DNA from: a virus
Taxonomy: Duplodnaviria > Caudoviricetes
Length of the DNA: 38,028 bases
Virus record (IMG/VR): IMGVR_UViG_3300027283_000004
Location: 1 to 38,028 of that record
Reading direction: 5' to 3' (one strand)
This document shows positions 17,375-26,740 of the stretch, piece by piece. The translations under genes were made by a program, and so were the position numbers. The number at the start of each line of letters is the position of its first letter. Position 1 is the stretch's first letter. The notes beneath the pieces were generated by a model. It did not search any database. It had not been told where the DNA came from and was given only the letters and a program-made list of their open reading frames with translations.

Positions 17375-17657
17375 GGATGTCCGGCTGCCGATCATGGTGA
17401 CTGCCTCTGAGGCGGACGCTATCGACGAGTGGCGCTTTACGAACCGCGTCCCAAGCCGGGCCGAGGCTATCCGCCAGTTGATCTCCCTTGGCCTGCGCGC
17501 GACAGCGGAACGCGCCGCGCTGACGGCGGCCGCAGACAAGCTCTCCCAATGGGCCTACGACGATACGATCTACGATGAAGCCCGCAACGACCTCGAAGCA
17601 GCGAGCGATGAAATAGACCGCATTCGTGCAGTGCTGTTTGGCGAAGACGACGCCTAA
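17358..17657 (+). CDS. Ribbon-helix-helix regulator with C-terminal helical extension
   Basis: RLPIMVTASEADAIDEWRFTNRVPSRAEAIRQLISLGL followed by an acidic helical tail. Confidence 0.85.
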   Translation: MMDEPKDVRLPIMVTASEADAIDEWRFTNRVPSRAEAIRQLISLGLRATAERAALTAAADKLSQWAYDDTIYDEARNDLEAASDEIDRIRAVLFGEDDA

Positions 17658-17860
17658 CCCTTCGCCAGCCCCTCCAGGTACTTCTTGATGCCCTTGTTCG
17701 GGTGGCTCATCGCCATGTCGGCAAACCGCGCCGCCCGCTCCGTCCGCTCGCGTTTGTCGAGCAAGGTGGAGAACGCCACGATCTGCCGGGGCGTGTAGTG
17801 CAGGGCGTCACGGTGGCCGGCTGCGATCAGCCTTTCGGCCGCTTCGGCAAGGACTTCGAG
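17654..17860 (-). CDS. gpT-like -1 frame extension of the tail assembly chaperone
   Basis: Open -1 frame LEVLAEAAERLIAAGHRDALHYTPRQIVAF...LAKG* overlapping the chaperone 3' end, with no evident start of its own; left boundary is the stop, right boundary approximate. Confidence 0.6.
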   Translation of the reverse strand, partial: LEVLAEAAERLIAAGHRDALHYTPRQIVAFSTLLDKRERTERAARFADMAMSHPNKGIKKYLEGLAKG

Positions 17861-18249
17861 GCCGTCTCGCTGCTTGCCCCGGCCAGATTTGCGACGATGG
17901 CGGCCAGGCGTTCCACCGCCACCGTCACCGGCTCCCCCGGAAAGGTCAGGTCCACGGCGGCGGCGACGATGTCCACCTGTGTCATGGCCGGCAGGGACGC
18001 GGCCTTGGCCTCGGCTTCGGGATTGCCAGGGCAGCCCGTCGCGGCGGCAATGACCGCACCGCAGACCTCGCGACCCAAGCCGACCAAGGCCGTAACATCC
18101 ACACCCTTGCCGGACAGGACGCCGGTCAAGGCCGGGAAGCGCACGACGATGGACACCAGATCCGGCAAGGCCACGCCCTGCACAGTCAGGTTGACGCCGC
18201 AGACGGGCACGGAGCGCGTCTGCGGCACGATGTCGAGCAGGGTTGCCAT
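17827..18249 (-). CDS. Tail assembly chaperone (gpG-like)
   Basis: TAATG coupling to the major tail gene; lies between tail tube and tape measure. Confidence 0.75.
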   Translation of the reverse strand: MATLLDIVPQTRSVPVCGVNLTVQGVALPDLVSIVVRFPALTGVLSGKGVDVTALVGLGREVCGAVIAAATGCPGNPEAEAKAASLPAMTQVDIVAAAVDLTFPGEPVTVAVERLAAIVANLAGASSETASKSLPKRPKG

Positions 18250-19004
18250 TAATTCAACTCGATCACACGGCCGAACGGGTAGCCGGGAGTCGCGGTGTCG
18301 CGCAACACGGAGCCCTCGACCTCCAGGGTGGCCCACTCATCGGTGATGAGGCCGAGTTCGCCGGACGGGGTGATCTTGAAGCGGCCAACTTCGATGCGCA
18401 GGCGCTTGCCCACGTCGTTGGTGCCGACAGAAAACAGCGACCATTCGGCGGTGGTGTCGGCCAGCAGGTTGATGACCTTGCGGGTGCCGGCCACGATGGC
18501 GTCGGCGTCGTAGGCCACCTCAACGGTATCGTCGGCGGTGGCGGGGATGGCGACGATGGTGATGACGCCGGCCGCCGCGTCCACGGTGTAGTGGGTGGTC
18601 AGGGTGTAGTCCACCGGGGTAACGGCGGTGCCATCGGTGATGGTGACACCGGACACCACGCCATGCGGCAGAGCCAACTTGTCGCCAGCCTTCACGCCCT
18701 CGAACACAGCCACTTGCCCGGCAGCCTCGACGCGCTCGTAAACGACCTCTTCGCCCAACATGGCGATGGCGATGGCGCGGGACGTGATTTCGTCCAGGGT
18801 CATGGACAGGGTGGCCGCCGTGGTGGTCGTCACCTCGGCGTCTTTTTCGCGCACGCCGGCCATGGAACTGTAATGCTCCAGCGTCTCGACCTCGGGCGCA
18901 TACGACAGCGCCGGGACGTTGCCGATGTGCTTCTTGTCGGTGGACCCATACCGGCCGAGGAACACGTCGGCCTTGAAGATAGAGTAGTTCTCAGTGCTCG
19001 GCAT
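18249..19004 (-). CDS. Major tail (tube) protein
   Basis: IGNVPALSYAPEVETLEHYSS..G and ITPSGELGLITDEWATLEVEG, typical tube protein motifs. Confidence 0.85.
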   Translation of the reverse strand: MPSTENYSIFKADVFLGRYGSTDKKHIGNVPALSYAPEVETLEHYSSMAGVREKDAEVTTTTAATLSMTLDEITSRAIAIAMLGEEVVYERVEAAGQVAVFEGVKAGDKLALPHGVVSGVTITDGTAVTPVDYTLTTHYTVDAAAGVITIVAIPATADDTVEVAYDADAIVAGTRKVINLLADTTAEWSLFSVGTNDVGKRLRIEVGRFKITPSGELGLITDEWATLEVEGSVLRDTATPGYPFGRVIELN

Positions 19005-19047
19005 GGCCGGGCCTCCATGTGGTCAGTTGTCAGGGGGTGCCAGCCGG

Positions 19048-19476
19048 TCAGGCGAGGCGTTCGGGGTAGGTCAACGCAAAGGTCATTTCGGCCGCGTGGG
19101 CGGTGCGGGTGCCCGCAGCCAGGGCGGTCTTGGTGTTGACCCAGCGCACCGCTCCGTTGCTGGTCACGGCCGCGCGCAATGCCGGGTCATGCAGGACGGC
19201 GCGCATGATCGCCAGCGAGGCCGCCGACCACGACGGGCCGATTGCAGCCTGTTCGCCGGCCAGATAAACCAGCACGCGGGCCGACGTGGTCATCATGACG
19301 ACAGCGTCCCCCCTGCCCCGCTGGCCGGGCTCGGCGGTGTCGTCGCCATCGGTGAGGATCAGCGCTGCCGTGGCGCTTTCGGAAATGGCGTCCGGCCGGT
19401 TGCGCTCGGCGGAGAAGCCGGGGACCGTGTCCAGGGCAGCTTTCAGGGCGGACAGGACTTGTTCGCGCTGGCTCAT
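19048..19476 (-). CDS. Tail terminator/completion protein
   Basis: MSQREQVLSALKAAL N-terminus; position before the tail tube. Confidence 0.7.
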   Translation of the reverse strand: MSQREQVLSALKAALDTVPGFSAERNRPDAISESATAALILTDGDDTAEPGQRGRGDAVVMMTTSARVLVYLAGEQAAIGPSWSAASLAIMRAVLHDPALRAAVTSNGAVRWVNTKTALAAGTRTAHAAEMTFALTYPERLA

Positions 19477-19790
19477 GGTGCGCCTCCGGTGATCGTCAAG
19501 GTCAGGCGCACCGGGCTACCCGGCCCGCGCGTGGCGCCGTGGCTGGTGATGCGATAGGCGTTGTCGTGCATTTCGATGGTGCCGCCGTCCGGGTTGGCTG
19601 CGACCTCGGTGGGCATCGCGTGGATTTCCGCGACGGTCGCCCACACGCCGGGGTCATCGAAGGCTTCGGCGCTGCGGAACTTGTCGAGGACGCGGATGGT
19701 GGTGGGCTGGCCGGCGACGGGGGTGTAGATCACGTCCACGCCCTGAAGCGCGAAGATCGGGCCGAACAGGAGCGGGTTGGCGCCGGACAT
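19473..19790 (-). CDS. Head-tail joining protein (gpFII-like)
   Basis: 105 aa, beta-rich; position after the capsid genes. Confidence 0.65.
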   Translation of the reverse strand: MSGANPLLFGPIFALQGVDVIYTPVAGQPTTIRVLDKFRSAEAFDDPGVWATVAEIHAMPTEVAANPDGGTIEMHDNAYRITSHGATRGPGSPVRLTLTITGGAP

Positions 19791-19806
19791 TGGCAGGCTC
19801 CAGAAA

Positions 19807-19841
19807 CACGAAACCCCGCCGGATTAGGGCGGGGTTTCGTG
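19807..19841. terminator. Terminator-like hairpin after the head genes
   Basis: Perfect 14-bp stem CACGAAACCCCGCC/GGCGGGGTTTCGTG. Confidence 0.75.
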
Positions 19842-19866
19842 GGTGGTCAGGGGGTGGTGGGCTGGA

Positions 19867-20190
19867 TTAGTCCAGCTTGACGAGGCCGGTGTCGGAGGGG
19901 TTGGCAGCGACCGCGACAGCCACGCCGACCAAGGTGTTGTCGGTGCTGACGGTGGTCATGTGGGACTCGGTCGCGTCCCAATAGATCGGGGCGCCAACGG
20001 TCCACGCCTGGGCGCCCAACTTGGGCAGTTCGTAGACGCCGACCGTCGAGATCACCACGTCATCACCAGCATCGGCGGTGGACGCGGCGACACCGAACAG
20101 GCTGCCGATGAGGACGAAATCGCCGGACGTGACGCCGCCGGACGGGGCGGCAACAGTCAGGTCCATGCCAGGCTGAACGAAATTCTTCAT
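19867..20190 (-). CDS. DUF2190-family capsid cement/decoration protein
   Basis: MKNFVQPG..LTVAAP.GGV.SG..VLIG.LFGVA...GVYELPK signature. Confidence 0.88.
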   Translation of the reverse strand: MKNFVQPGMDLTVAAPSGGVTSGDFVLIGSLFGVAASTADAGDDVVISTVGVYELPKLGAQAWTVGAPIYWDATESHMTTVSTDNTLVGVAVAVAANPSDTGLVKLD

Positions 20191-20259
20191 GGGGAACTAC
20201 TCCGCAGGAGAGCGGGCGGCACTGAGGCCGCCCGCTGTGGTCAGGTTGAACCGCTCGCC

Positions 20260-22368
20260 TTACGCGCCGGTGTGCTTCTGCATGCCGCGCCAGTCGATAG
20301 CCTTGGCGCCAAAGTCCAGGCGGGCCTTGACCTCCACGCCGTCCACGTCGAAGCCCATGCGGGTCTCGATGTAGACGCCCTCCTGGCCTTCCAGGTAGCA
20401 GTATTCGACCGTGTCGATCTGGCTGGAATCTGCCACCAGATAGAAGGCTGTGGCGCTACCGCCAGACAGCAGTTCGAGGCGCGGTTCGATGACCGGCACC
20501 AGGGACCGCATGGACGCGGGGATGACGTCGGCCTGCGTGCCCGGCACGACCAGCGCGGACAGAAGCTTTTCCACGTCGGTTTCGCGGCTGGCAGAGGCGA
20601 GCAGGAAGCGCGGGGTCAAATTCAGGATACTCTCGCCGTCCAGGCCCTTCTGATTGCGCAACTTGGACCGCATGACGCCGAGCGTGTCGGCGGTCGGCAC
20701 GGTCGCGCCAGTCGTCAGGTTGGAGTGTTTTGCCGCGTGGAACAGGGCGTTGCCATCAGCCATGATCGGGTTGCCGACCAGGACGCCGTAAACGGTGTCC
20801 GATTCCAGATTGGCGGCAGCGGCACCGTACATGGCCGGCACGCGGGTGAAGGCGTCGAGGTCATCGTTGACGATGACGTGTCGGCTAATCGACACCACGC
20901 GCCCGAAGGTTTCGAGCTTGTAGGTTTCCTTGCTCTCACCGATGGTTCCGCGCTTAAACTCGCCATTCTCAGCGATCTTCTTCAGGCTCGGCGCCTCGCC
21001 AAGCTGGACGCGGTTGATGTTCTTGAAGTCAGCAGCCGAGGTGCGGCGAGCCCACAGCGGGAAGGTGCGCTGCGACTGCTGATAGGCGTTGCGCAGGGTC
21101 TTGTTCGCCACATCGGCCAGGACGCTCGGGAAGTCTGACACGGTGTGCTGCGTGCGGATTTCCAGGGCGCGGCGGGCGATCTCCTCGCGCGACATGCCAC
21201 GGGTCCGGGTGCCGGTGGCCTCGACGGCTTCGCGAGCGAAATCGACCAGCGAAAGGCCGACGTAATCGCCAGCGCGGAACTCGGGCTTGTAGGCGCCGGG
21301 ATCGTAGCGGTGCAGCAGGGCGGCGGCCATGGACTTGCCGCGCACCTCGTGCTCGTCGTAGTCGCCGGAGCGGATGCCAGACACGGTGCTGCCAGCCGGC
21401 TCGGCCTTGTTGGCGATGGCGTCCAGGGCGGCCTTGCGAACGTCGGCCACATCATGGCCGGCGGTCACATGCTGCTCTACGAACTCATCGCCCAGGTTCG
21501 CCTGACGCGCGATAGTGCGGATCTCGGCGGCACGGGTGCGCTCGGCCTGGACGGCTTCGGCGCGGACGGCAATCACAGCGGCATCATCAGCCGCCGGAAT
21601 GTTGGTGACCTGATCGGCCATTTGACGCTCCTTGGTGTTGTCGGCGGGAGATGCCGTGGGGGTGATGGGGGGATCGAACGACCGGAACCCAGCTTCGGGA
21701 TCGGCAGGAATGGGGACGACGCTGATCTCGTGCGGCTCCCAATCGGTGGCGCGGTAGGTCGGTGGGGTGGTCGTCTCGTCAACCTCGCGCTTGTGGGTCA
21801 CGTAGCCCGCCGAGATATGCCGGACCACGCCAGCCACGACGTCGCGGAACATGGCGTCAGCGTCGGGACGGGCCGAGAACTTCACGCGGGCAACCAGCAA
21901 GCCGCCCTCGACGCGAGCTGAACCGGGCACGACGGCGCCGACCACGCCACGCATGGACCAGTTGTTGTGCGAGTCCAGCACAGACGCGCCGGCATTGAGG
22001 CGGCCCAGGCGAACGGCGGCCGGGGAGATTTCCAGCGTCTCGATGTACTCACGGTCGGCGCGGTAGTCGTAGCGCCGGACGGCAGCGCCGGCTGAAATCA
22101 CCACATCAACGGTGCGGTCGCTTTCGTCAACTGTGCCCGGCACCGTGCGCAGGTCCAGGCCTCGACGGTCTAGGCCCGTTCCGGGGGCGCCGCGCAGGGC
22201 GTCGAAGTCGCTACCAGCGGGGAGCGTCAAGGGCTGCGCAACAGTTTCCGGGCTTTTGGCGCGGGCTTCTGGCTCGGCTGCCGGTTCGGCCTCCCGTTCT
22301 GGCTCGGCCTCCGTAGGCGCAGGGGTTTCCGCCACCTGATCGGCGGCGGTCTGGTCGTCGTCGGTCAT
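20260..22368 (-). CDS. Prohead protease-major capsid protein fusion
   Basis: N-terminal HK97-type protease (VLDSH, ISAGY, WEPHEISVVPIPAD); C-terminal capsid (HTVSDFP..L, ETFGR, RLDFGAKAIDWRG). Confidence 0.93.
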   Translation of the reverse strand: MTDDDQTAADQVAETPAPTEAEPEREAEPAAEPEARAKSPETVAQPLTLPAGSDFDALRGAPGTGLDRRGLDLRTVPGTVDESDRTVDVVISAGAAVRRYDYRADREYIETLEISPAAVRLGRLNAGASVLDSHNNWSMRGVVGAVVPGSARVEGGLLVARVKFSARPDADAMFRDVVAGVVRHISAGYVTHKREVDETTTPPTYRATDWEPHEISVVPIPADPEAGFRSFDPPITPTASPADNTKERQMADQVTNIPAADDAAVIAVRAEAVQAERTRAAEIRTIARQANLGDEFVEQHVTAGHDVADVRKAALDAIANKAEPAGSTVSGIRSGDYDEHEVRGKSMAAALLHRYDPGAYKPEFRAGDYVGLSLVDFAREAVEATGTRTRGMSREEIARRALEIRTQHTVSDFPSVLADVANKTLRNAYQQSQRTFPLWARRTSAADFKNINRVQLGEAPSLKKIAENGEFKRGTIGESKETYKLETFGRVVSISRHVIVNDDLDAFTRVPAMYGAAAANLESDTVYGVLVGNPIMADGNALFHAAKHSNLTTGATVPTADTLGVMRSKLRNQKGLDGESILNLTPRFLLASASRETDVEKLLSALVVPGTQADVIPASMRSLVPVIEPRLELLSGGSATAFYLVADSSQIDTVEYCYLEGQEGVYIETRMGFDVDGVEVKARLDFGAKAIDWRGMQKHTGA

Positions 22369-22394
22369 GGCGACAGTCCTTTGGTGGTTTGGGG

Positions 22395-23900
22395 TCAGTC
22401 GGGTGATTCTGTCTCGGGCTGCGGTATCGCCTGCCCGCCGGCCGACATGCGGCGCGGGTCCGTCTCAAGAACGATGCCCAGGCGGTCCAAGTCGGCGTTG
22501 TGCTTGGCGATGGCCTCAAGTTGTTCGCGCGGGTCGTATCCGTTGCGGGCGACCATCTGATCCCACGTCATACCGCCGGCCCGGACCTCCAGAATGTCGG
22601 CCTTCAGGTCTTTCAGCGGATCAATGCGCTCGAACTTCGGGGCCACCCACTCGGTCGGGTATCCGCTTTTCCGGTCAGGCAGCTTGCCGGCCGCGATAGC
22701 CTGTGCAATCCACCGCTTGCGGGTCGGCTTGCACAGCATCTTGATGAGCGTTTGCCACTGGAACCGCTCCATGTTCCGGCGGAACTCAATCTTTCCGGCG
22801 CGGAGGCTGCTGTAGCTGGCCTGTCGGAGGTCACCTGTAAGCTGGTCGTATGTGATACCCATGCCGGACGCGACAGCCATCAGCGTTTGCAGGGTGTAGG
22901 GGTCGTATGCCGTATGGCCTTGCGGGTTGATGACTTCGATGGATTCGCCCGGCTTGGTGTAGACGACCATGCCCGGCTCCATGCCTTCGATGGGCTGGCC
23001 GTTTTCGTCTGTCCGCTCCACGCCGATAGGGTCGGCGTCTTCATTGTCCGGCCGGGTGACGACGACACCCAAGCACGCCTCGACCTTGGCCTTGACGAGC
23101 GCGGCCTCGTGGAACTCATCAAGATCACGCACCCGCATCATGACGGGGGCGAACCACGTCACGCCACGCGGGAGGCCCTGGCGATCCTTGCTGTAGATGT
23201 GGGCGATGTTTTCGGCTGGAACGCGGACACTTTCCATGCCCGCCCGAGAGGTCAATGTGGCGTCGCCGGGGTGCTGCCGGTAAAGCCAGTAGGCTGAGCG
23301 GTTCTCGATGGCGTCGAACTCGATGCCCAGGCGTACAAAGCCGCCGGACGCCGTGGCCGACGTGTCGCGGCTGGTGTCGAGATAGTCGCCTTCGAGCAAC
23401 TGAAGCTGAAGTGGCACAGTCTCCATGTTGTCGGCCGCGCGGCGCGGCCGGAATCGGCAGAGGACTTCGCCACCCTCTACGATGGTCCGCACCGCCAGAT
23501 GTTGCAGGCCGGCGAAATCAAGCTGGCCGTCTGCGTCGCACTCGTCTTCCGCCCATTTCTTCCAGAGCGCATCGACTTTCTTGTCAAGCTCAACGTCGCC
23601 CGTGCGGCTCTTGGCCTCGATGCCAGTGCCGACCGCGTTAGATGCGATGATCGAGACAGCGCGGGCGGCATACGGGTTGTTGCGGACCATGTCACGGGCA
23701 TTTGCGCGCAGGCGAGCGATTGCCGGGCCAGCCTCCGCAGCGGCCGACGTGCCGGACGTAATCCAGCCATCAGTTCGCCGGGAGTGACGCGCGGCCTCGT
23801 AGGAGCGCACCGTCTCCATGGCTGCCCGTTGGCGCGCACGGTTCAACCCCGCACCGGGCGAGAAGAACGCCACTGTGCGATCCAGGATGTTGAGTTTCAT
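22395..23900 (-). CDS. Portal protein, lambda family
   Basis: LRANARDMVRNNPYA, LQLLEGDYL, YDQLTGDLRQASYSSLRAG and IDPLKD motifs. Confidence 0.95.
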   Translation of the reverse strand: MKLNILDRTVAFFSPGAGLNRARQRAAMETVRSYEAARHSRRTDGWITSGTSAAAEAGPAIARLRANARDMVRNNPYAARAVSIIASNAVGTGIEAKSRTGDVELDKKVDALWKKWAEDECDADGQLDFAGLQHLAVRTIVEGGEVLCRFRPRRAADNMETVPLQLQLLEGDYLDTSRDTSATASGGFVRLGIEFDAIENRSAYWLYRQHPGDATLTSRAGMESVRVPAENIAHIYSKDRQGLPRGVTWFAPVMMRVRDLDEFHEAALVKAKVEACLGVVVTRPDNEDADPIGVERTDENGQPIEGMEPGMVVYTKPGESIEVINPQGHTAYDPYTLQTLMAVASGMGITYDQLTGDLRQASYSSLRAGKIEFRRNMERFQWQTLIKMLCKPTRKRWIAQAIAAGKLPDRKSGYPTEWVAPKFERIDPLKDLKADILEVRAGGMTWDQMVARNGYDPREQLEAIAKHNADLDRLGIVLETDPRRMSAGGQAIPQPETESPD

Positions 23901-23904
23901 GCGG

Positions 23905-24120
23905 TCAGCCCTTGCGGAAGCGGGTCAGGGATGTGCGCTTGGTCGGCTTCGGCGGGCTGATCGGACTGGACACGCCAAGCGCGGACGACATGCGGGCAAT
24001 CGCCCGCTCCATGTCGTCCTGCGTCCGGTAAGTGGTTTGGTTGTCGCCCTCTTTGACGGTCAGGACGCCGGACGCCCAGGCCGCGACCAAGGCGTTTAGC
24101 TGGGCTTGCGTGACCGCCAT
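23905..24120 (-). CDS. gpW-like head-to-tail joining protein
   Basis: TQAQLNAL..AWASGVLTV...TTYRT..DMERAI; lies between terL and portal. Confidence 0.85.
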   Translation of the reverse strand: MAVTQAQLNALVAAWASGVLTVKEGDNQTTYRTQDDMERAIARMSSALGVSSPISPPKPTKRTSLTRFRKG

Positions 24121-24129
24121 GTGAGGCTC

Positions 24130-26160
24130 CTATATCCAGCCGCCGCGCCCACGACTGCCGCCACCTAGCCACCCGCGCTTTTTGGGCTTTGGTTCAGGCT
24201 GCCGGGGCGCGGGCAAAGAAGAAGCCGCCTGCTGGGGGGCGGGCGGCTTGGGGTGGGTCTGCTGTTCTGTGGGTGGCGGTGGCAGGGCTTGAGGCTTTTC
24301 CTCAGTCGCCCCAAGCGCGTTCCGTAGCTGCGCCCATTTGGCTGGCTTCCATCGGTCCATGCCCAGCATGACGGCCACGGCACGGGGGTACTTCCAGCAG
24401 TCGAGGGCTTCGGTCGCATGGACCTTTTTCCACTCGGCCCGGTCTTCCATCCACTGATCGCCAACAAGCTGTTTGCACGTTTCCTCGGTCGCCCAAGTCG
24501 GAAGGTGGACATAGCCCGGCGGATAACCCTGCCCGTCTGCGACTTGCTGGGCGGTCGGCGGTTCCTGGCCGAGAAAGCCGTAAAGCTCCAGGGTCAGGAT
24601 ATGGCCGCCGACGTGGCCGATCTGCATGCCTGTCTTGCGCCGCTTTCCGTTGGCGGACACGTCATTGACCGGACCCCACCGGAACGCCGGGGCCTGCAAC
24701 GTGTTGGCACCCTTGACTGGAACGACCCATCGGCCGTACTTCCGGGCCCACTTTTCAACCTGCGTGGTGGCGAACCCGGTATCAATCGCCACCTTGAACG
24801 GCTTCATTTCCGCACCAGCCGCGTGGGTGAACGTGTCGCCCATGATCGCGTCGAGCTTTGTCCACGTCGCGTCGTTGAAGGGGTCGCCGGTCACCACAGT
24901 GTGGTCGATAAGCCATTGCTGGCCGTCTTCACCGTAGCCCCACACGTAGCGTTCTATGCGGTCCTTCTGCACGTCGATGCCGGCCAGCAGCAACCGGACG
25001 GCCATCGGGACAGAGCCCATGGGCCAGTCTTCGCGGCGGTCGTAGAGGATGCGCCACGGAGGCGCCTCGCCTCGAATCTCCCAAGTCTCGCCCAAGGTCT
25101 GGTTGACGAACGTCACCATCTTCGCCGGGTTCTTGCCGCAGCGGACTTTCTCGCGGGCGACCTCAAGCCACGATGCATTGGCGAATTGGCTGTAGAGGGC
25201 CGACACGTGGAACGAGCGGTGCGGCCAATGCTCCGGCGCTGACGCGCGCCACTCACCGGCCGCGTCCATGTCGGGCTTGTGCTGCTCCTCGATCACGCAG
25301 CCATTGAGACAGACGTACCAAGCCTTGGTCGGTGCGCGCTTCGGCTCCCATCGCAGGCCGGGGCCGGTGCCGTCACCCAGGGTGAGGCGCTGCATTTCGC
25401 CGCAGTGAGGGCAAGGCACATAGCGGTATTCCTGGGTGCCCGCAAGGAACAGGCCTTCGATCTTGCTGCCCTTGTTGGTCTGCGGGTCGAACTTCACGGT
25501 TGGTGACGAGCCGGCCACCTTCTTCGGTTCGTCGGACGTGATGCACCGCTTGAAGGCAAGCTCGGCTTGGTCGCCCTCAAGGCCAGCGGTCGGAGGATAG
25601 CCGTCCGGCTCCTCAAGGATGACCACATCGGCCGTGACGCGCCTAAATTCCTTCGGGCTGTTCGCGCCCTTGACCTTGATCGAGCCGCCCGGAAAGACCT
25701 TGGCGCGGATCTTGTTGCGGCTGTCGCGGGTCTTGTACTGGACGACCTGACGAATCGCAGGCCAGTTGAGCAGGCGCACGAGGTCGGTGTTGCTGTAGTC
25801 CTCGGCGTCGTCAATCGTCGGCTGATAGACTAGGACGCGCAAAGGCCGCTGGTCGATGAGCCAGCCGAGGTAGGCGTTTACGATCTCGCTGTAACCGATG
25901 CGCGACGACTTCATGACGGTGACTTGCGTCACGTCCGGGTCGCCCAGGGCCTCAAGGATTCCTTGCTGCAGAGGCCAGGGACGGTATCGCTTGCCGGCCT
26001 CAAGCCGGACGTTGTTCGAGGCCCACTCGACCAGGGGAAGGGTGCGCTTCGGCTTCAGGGCAGCAAGAATGAGGGCGGCGCCATCAACGACAAGTTGGCC
26101 GCCGCGAACGGCCAACGTCTCAATCGTCCTCGCTGCCGCCGTCTTCGCCATCGCGTCCAA
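24130..26160 (-). CDS. terL: Terminase large subunit, GpA family
   Basis: Walker A KSSRIGYS, Walker B VVILEE, SSPT, CPHCG, GIDVQ nuclease motif; start is TTG 26160 or ATG 26151. Confidence 0.96.
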   Translation of the reverse strand: MDAMAKTAAARTIETLAVRGGQLVVDGAALILAALKPKRTLPLVEWASNNVRLEAGKRYRPWPLQQGILEALGDPDVTQVTVMKSSRIGYSEIVNAYLGWLIDQRPLRVLVYQPTIDDAEDYSNTDLVRLLNWPAIRQVVQYKTRDSRNKIRAKVFPGGSIKVKGANSPKEFRRVTADVVILEEPDGYPPTAGLEGDQAELAFKRCITSDEPKKVAGSSPTVKFDPQTNKGSKIEGLFLAGTQEYRYVPCPHCGEMQRLTLGDGTGPGLRWEPKRAPTKAWYVCLNGCVIEEQHKPDMDAAGEWRASAPEHWPHRSFHVSALYSQFANASWLEVAREKVRCGKNPAKMVTFVNQTLGETWEIRGEAPPWRILYDRREDWPMGSVPMAVRLLLAGIDVQKDRIERYVWGYGEDGQQWLIDHTVVTGDPFNDATWTKLDAIMGDTFTHAAGAEMKPFKVAIDTGFATTQVEKWARKYGRWVVPVKGANTLQAPAFRWGPVNDVSANGKRRKTGMQIGHVGGHILTLELYGFLGQEPPTAQQVADGQGYPPGYVHLPTWATEETCKQLVGDQWMEDRAEWKKVHATEALDCWKYPRAVAVMLGMDRWKPAKWAQLRNALGATEEKPQALPPPPTEQQTHPKPPAPQQAASSLPAPRQPEPKPKKRGWLGGGSRGRGGWI

Positions 26161-26614
26161 GCTCCTCCTCGACGCGCGTCAACGTCAAGTCTTCCAAGGC
26201 ATCATCCAGTGCGTCGGCAATTCGCGCCTTCATCTTCGGGTCAAGGCCTTGGACCTGGCCGGGCACCCTGCGGAGGCGGCCCTGCGTCATGGCGATGATC
26301 TGGCGGATCGCGTCAATCCAGGGGGCGTACTCGACAAGCTCGTTGCGCCGCTCGGCGTTCTTCATGGCGTAGTGGTCGGCCTGCTCTTTGGCGAGGCGGG
26401 CGCGCTCAACTTCAATGTTGAGGCCTTCCGCTTCGGCGGCATCGGATGCCCGGCCCGCCGCGCGCTCCCTGAGGTGACGCAGATAGGAAACCCGGCAGGC
26501 GTCCAGATCCAACGCGCCACGCCCGGTTTTGCTGAAGACACCACGCGAAATTAGGTCACGCACAGAGCGGTCGGAGAGGTCCAGATGCTCGGCAACCTCA
26601 CCCTGTGTCGCCAT
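26120..26614 (-). CDS. terS: Terminase small subunit (Nu1-like)
   Basis: N-terminal wHTH (TQGEVAEHLDLSDRSVRDL), ERARLAKEQAD...KN..R..ELV. Confidence 0.92.
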   Translation of the reverse strand: MATQGEVAEHLDLSDRSVRDLISRGVFSKTGRGALDLDACRVSYLRHLRERAAGRASDAAEAEGLNIEVERARLAKEQADHYAMKNAERRNELVEYAPWIDAIRQIIAMTQGRLRRVPGQVQGLDPKMKARIADALDDALEDLTLTRVEEELGRDGEDGGSEDD

Positions 26615-26659
26615 GTCAAAAACCCCTCAACCGGAAGCGGAACCCCCTTAGGGAAAGCT

Positions 26660-26721
26660 CATGCCTAGACAAAGTGCGAGGCCCGAATTCCCCCCAAACA
26701 CGGGGTTATCCACAGGGACCC
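26660..26721 (-). other. Putative cos packaging site
   Basis: Intergenic region just upstream of terS; minus strand GGGTCCC resembles lambda cosQ (GGGTCCT) and is followed by GGGGGGAATTCGGGCCTCGC at about the cosN position. Confidence 0.5.
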
Positions 26722-26740
26722 AATGCCCCTACACGAACGA

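Noticed and set aside
20211-20236. Terminator after the capsid gene
   Set aside because: A 10-bp stem is present but there is no U-tract on the coding strand; it may be a stabilising hairpin only
19843-25242. Long plus-strand ORFs opposite capsid, portal and terminase
   Set aside because: Shadow ORFs of well-supported minus-strand genes
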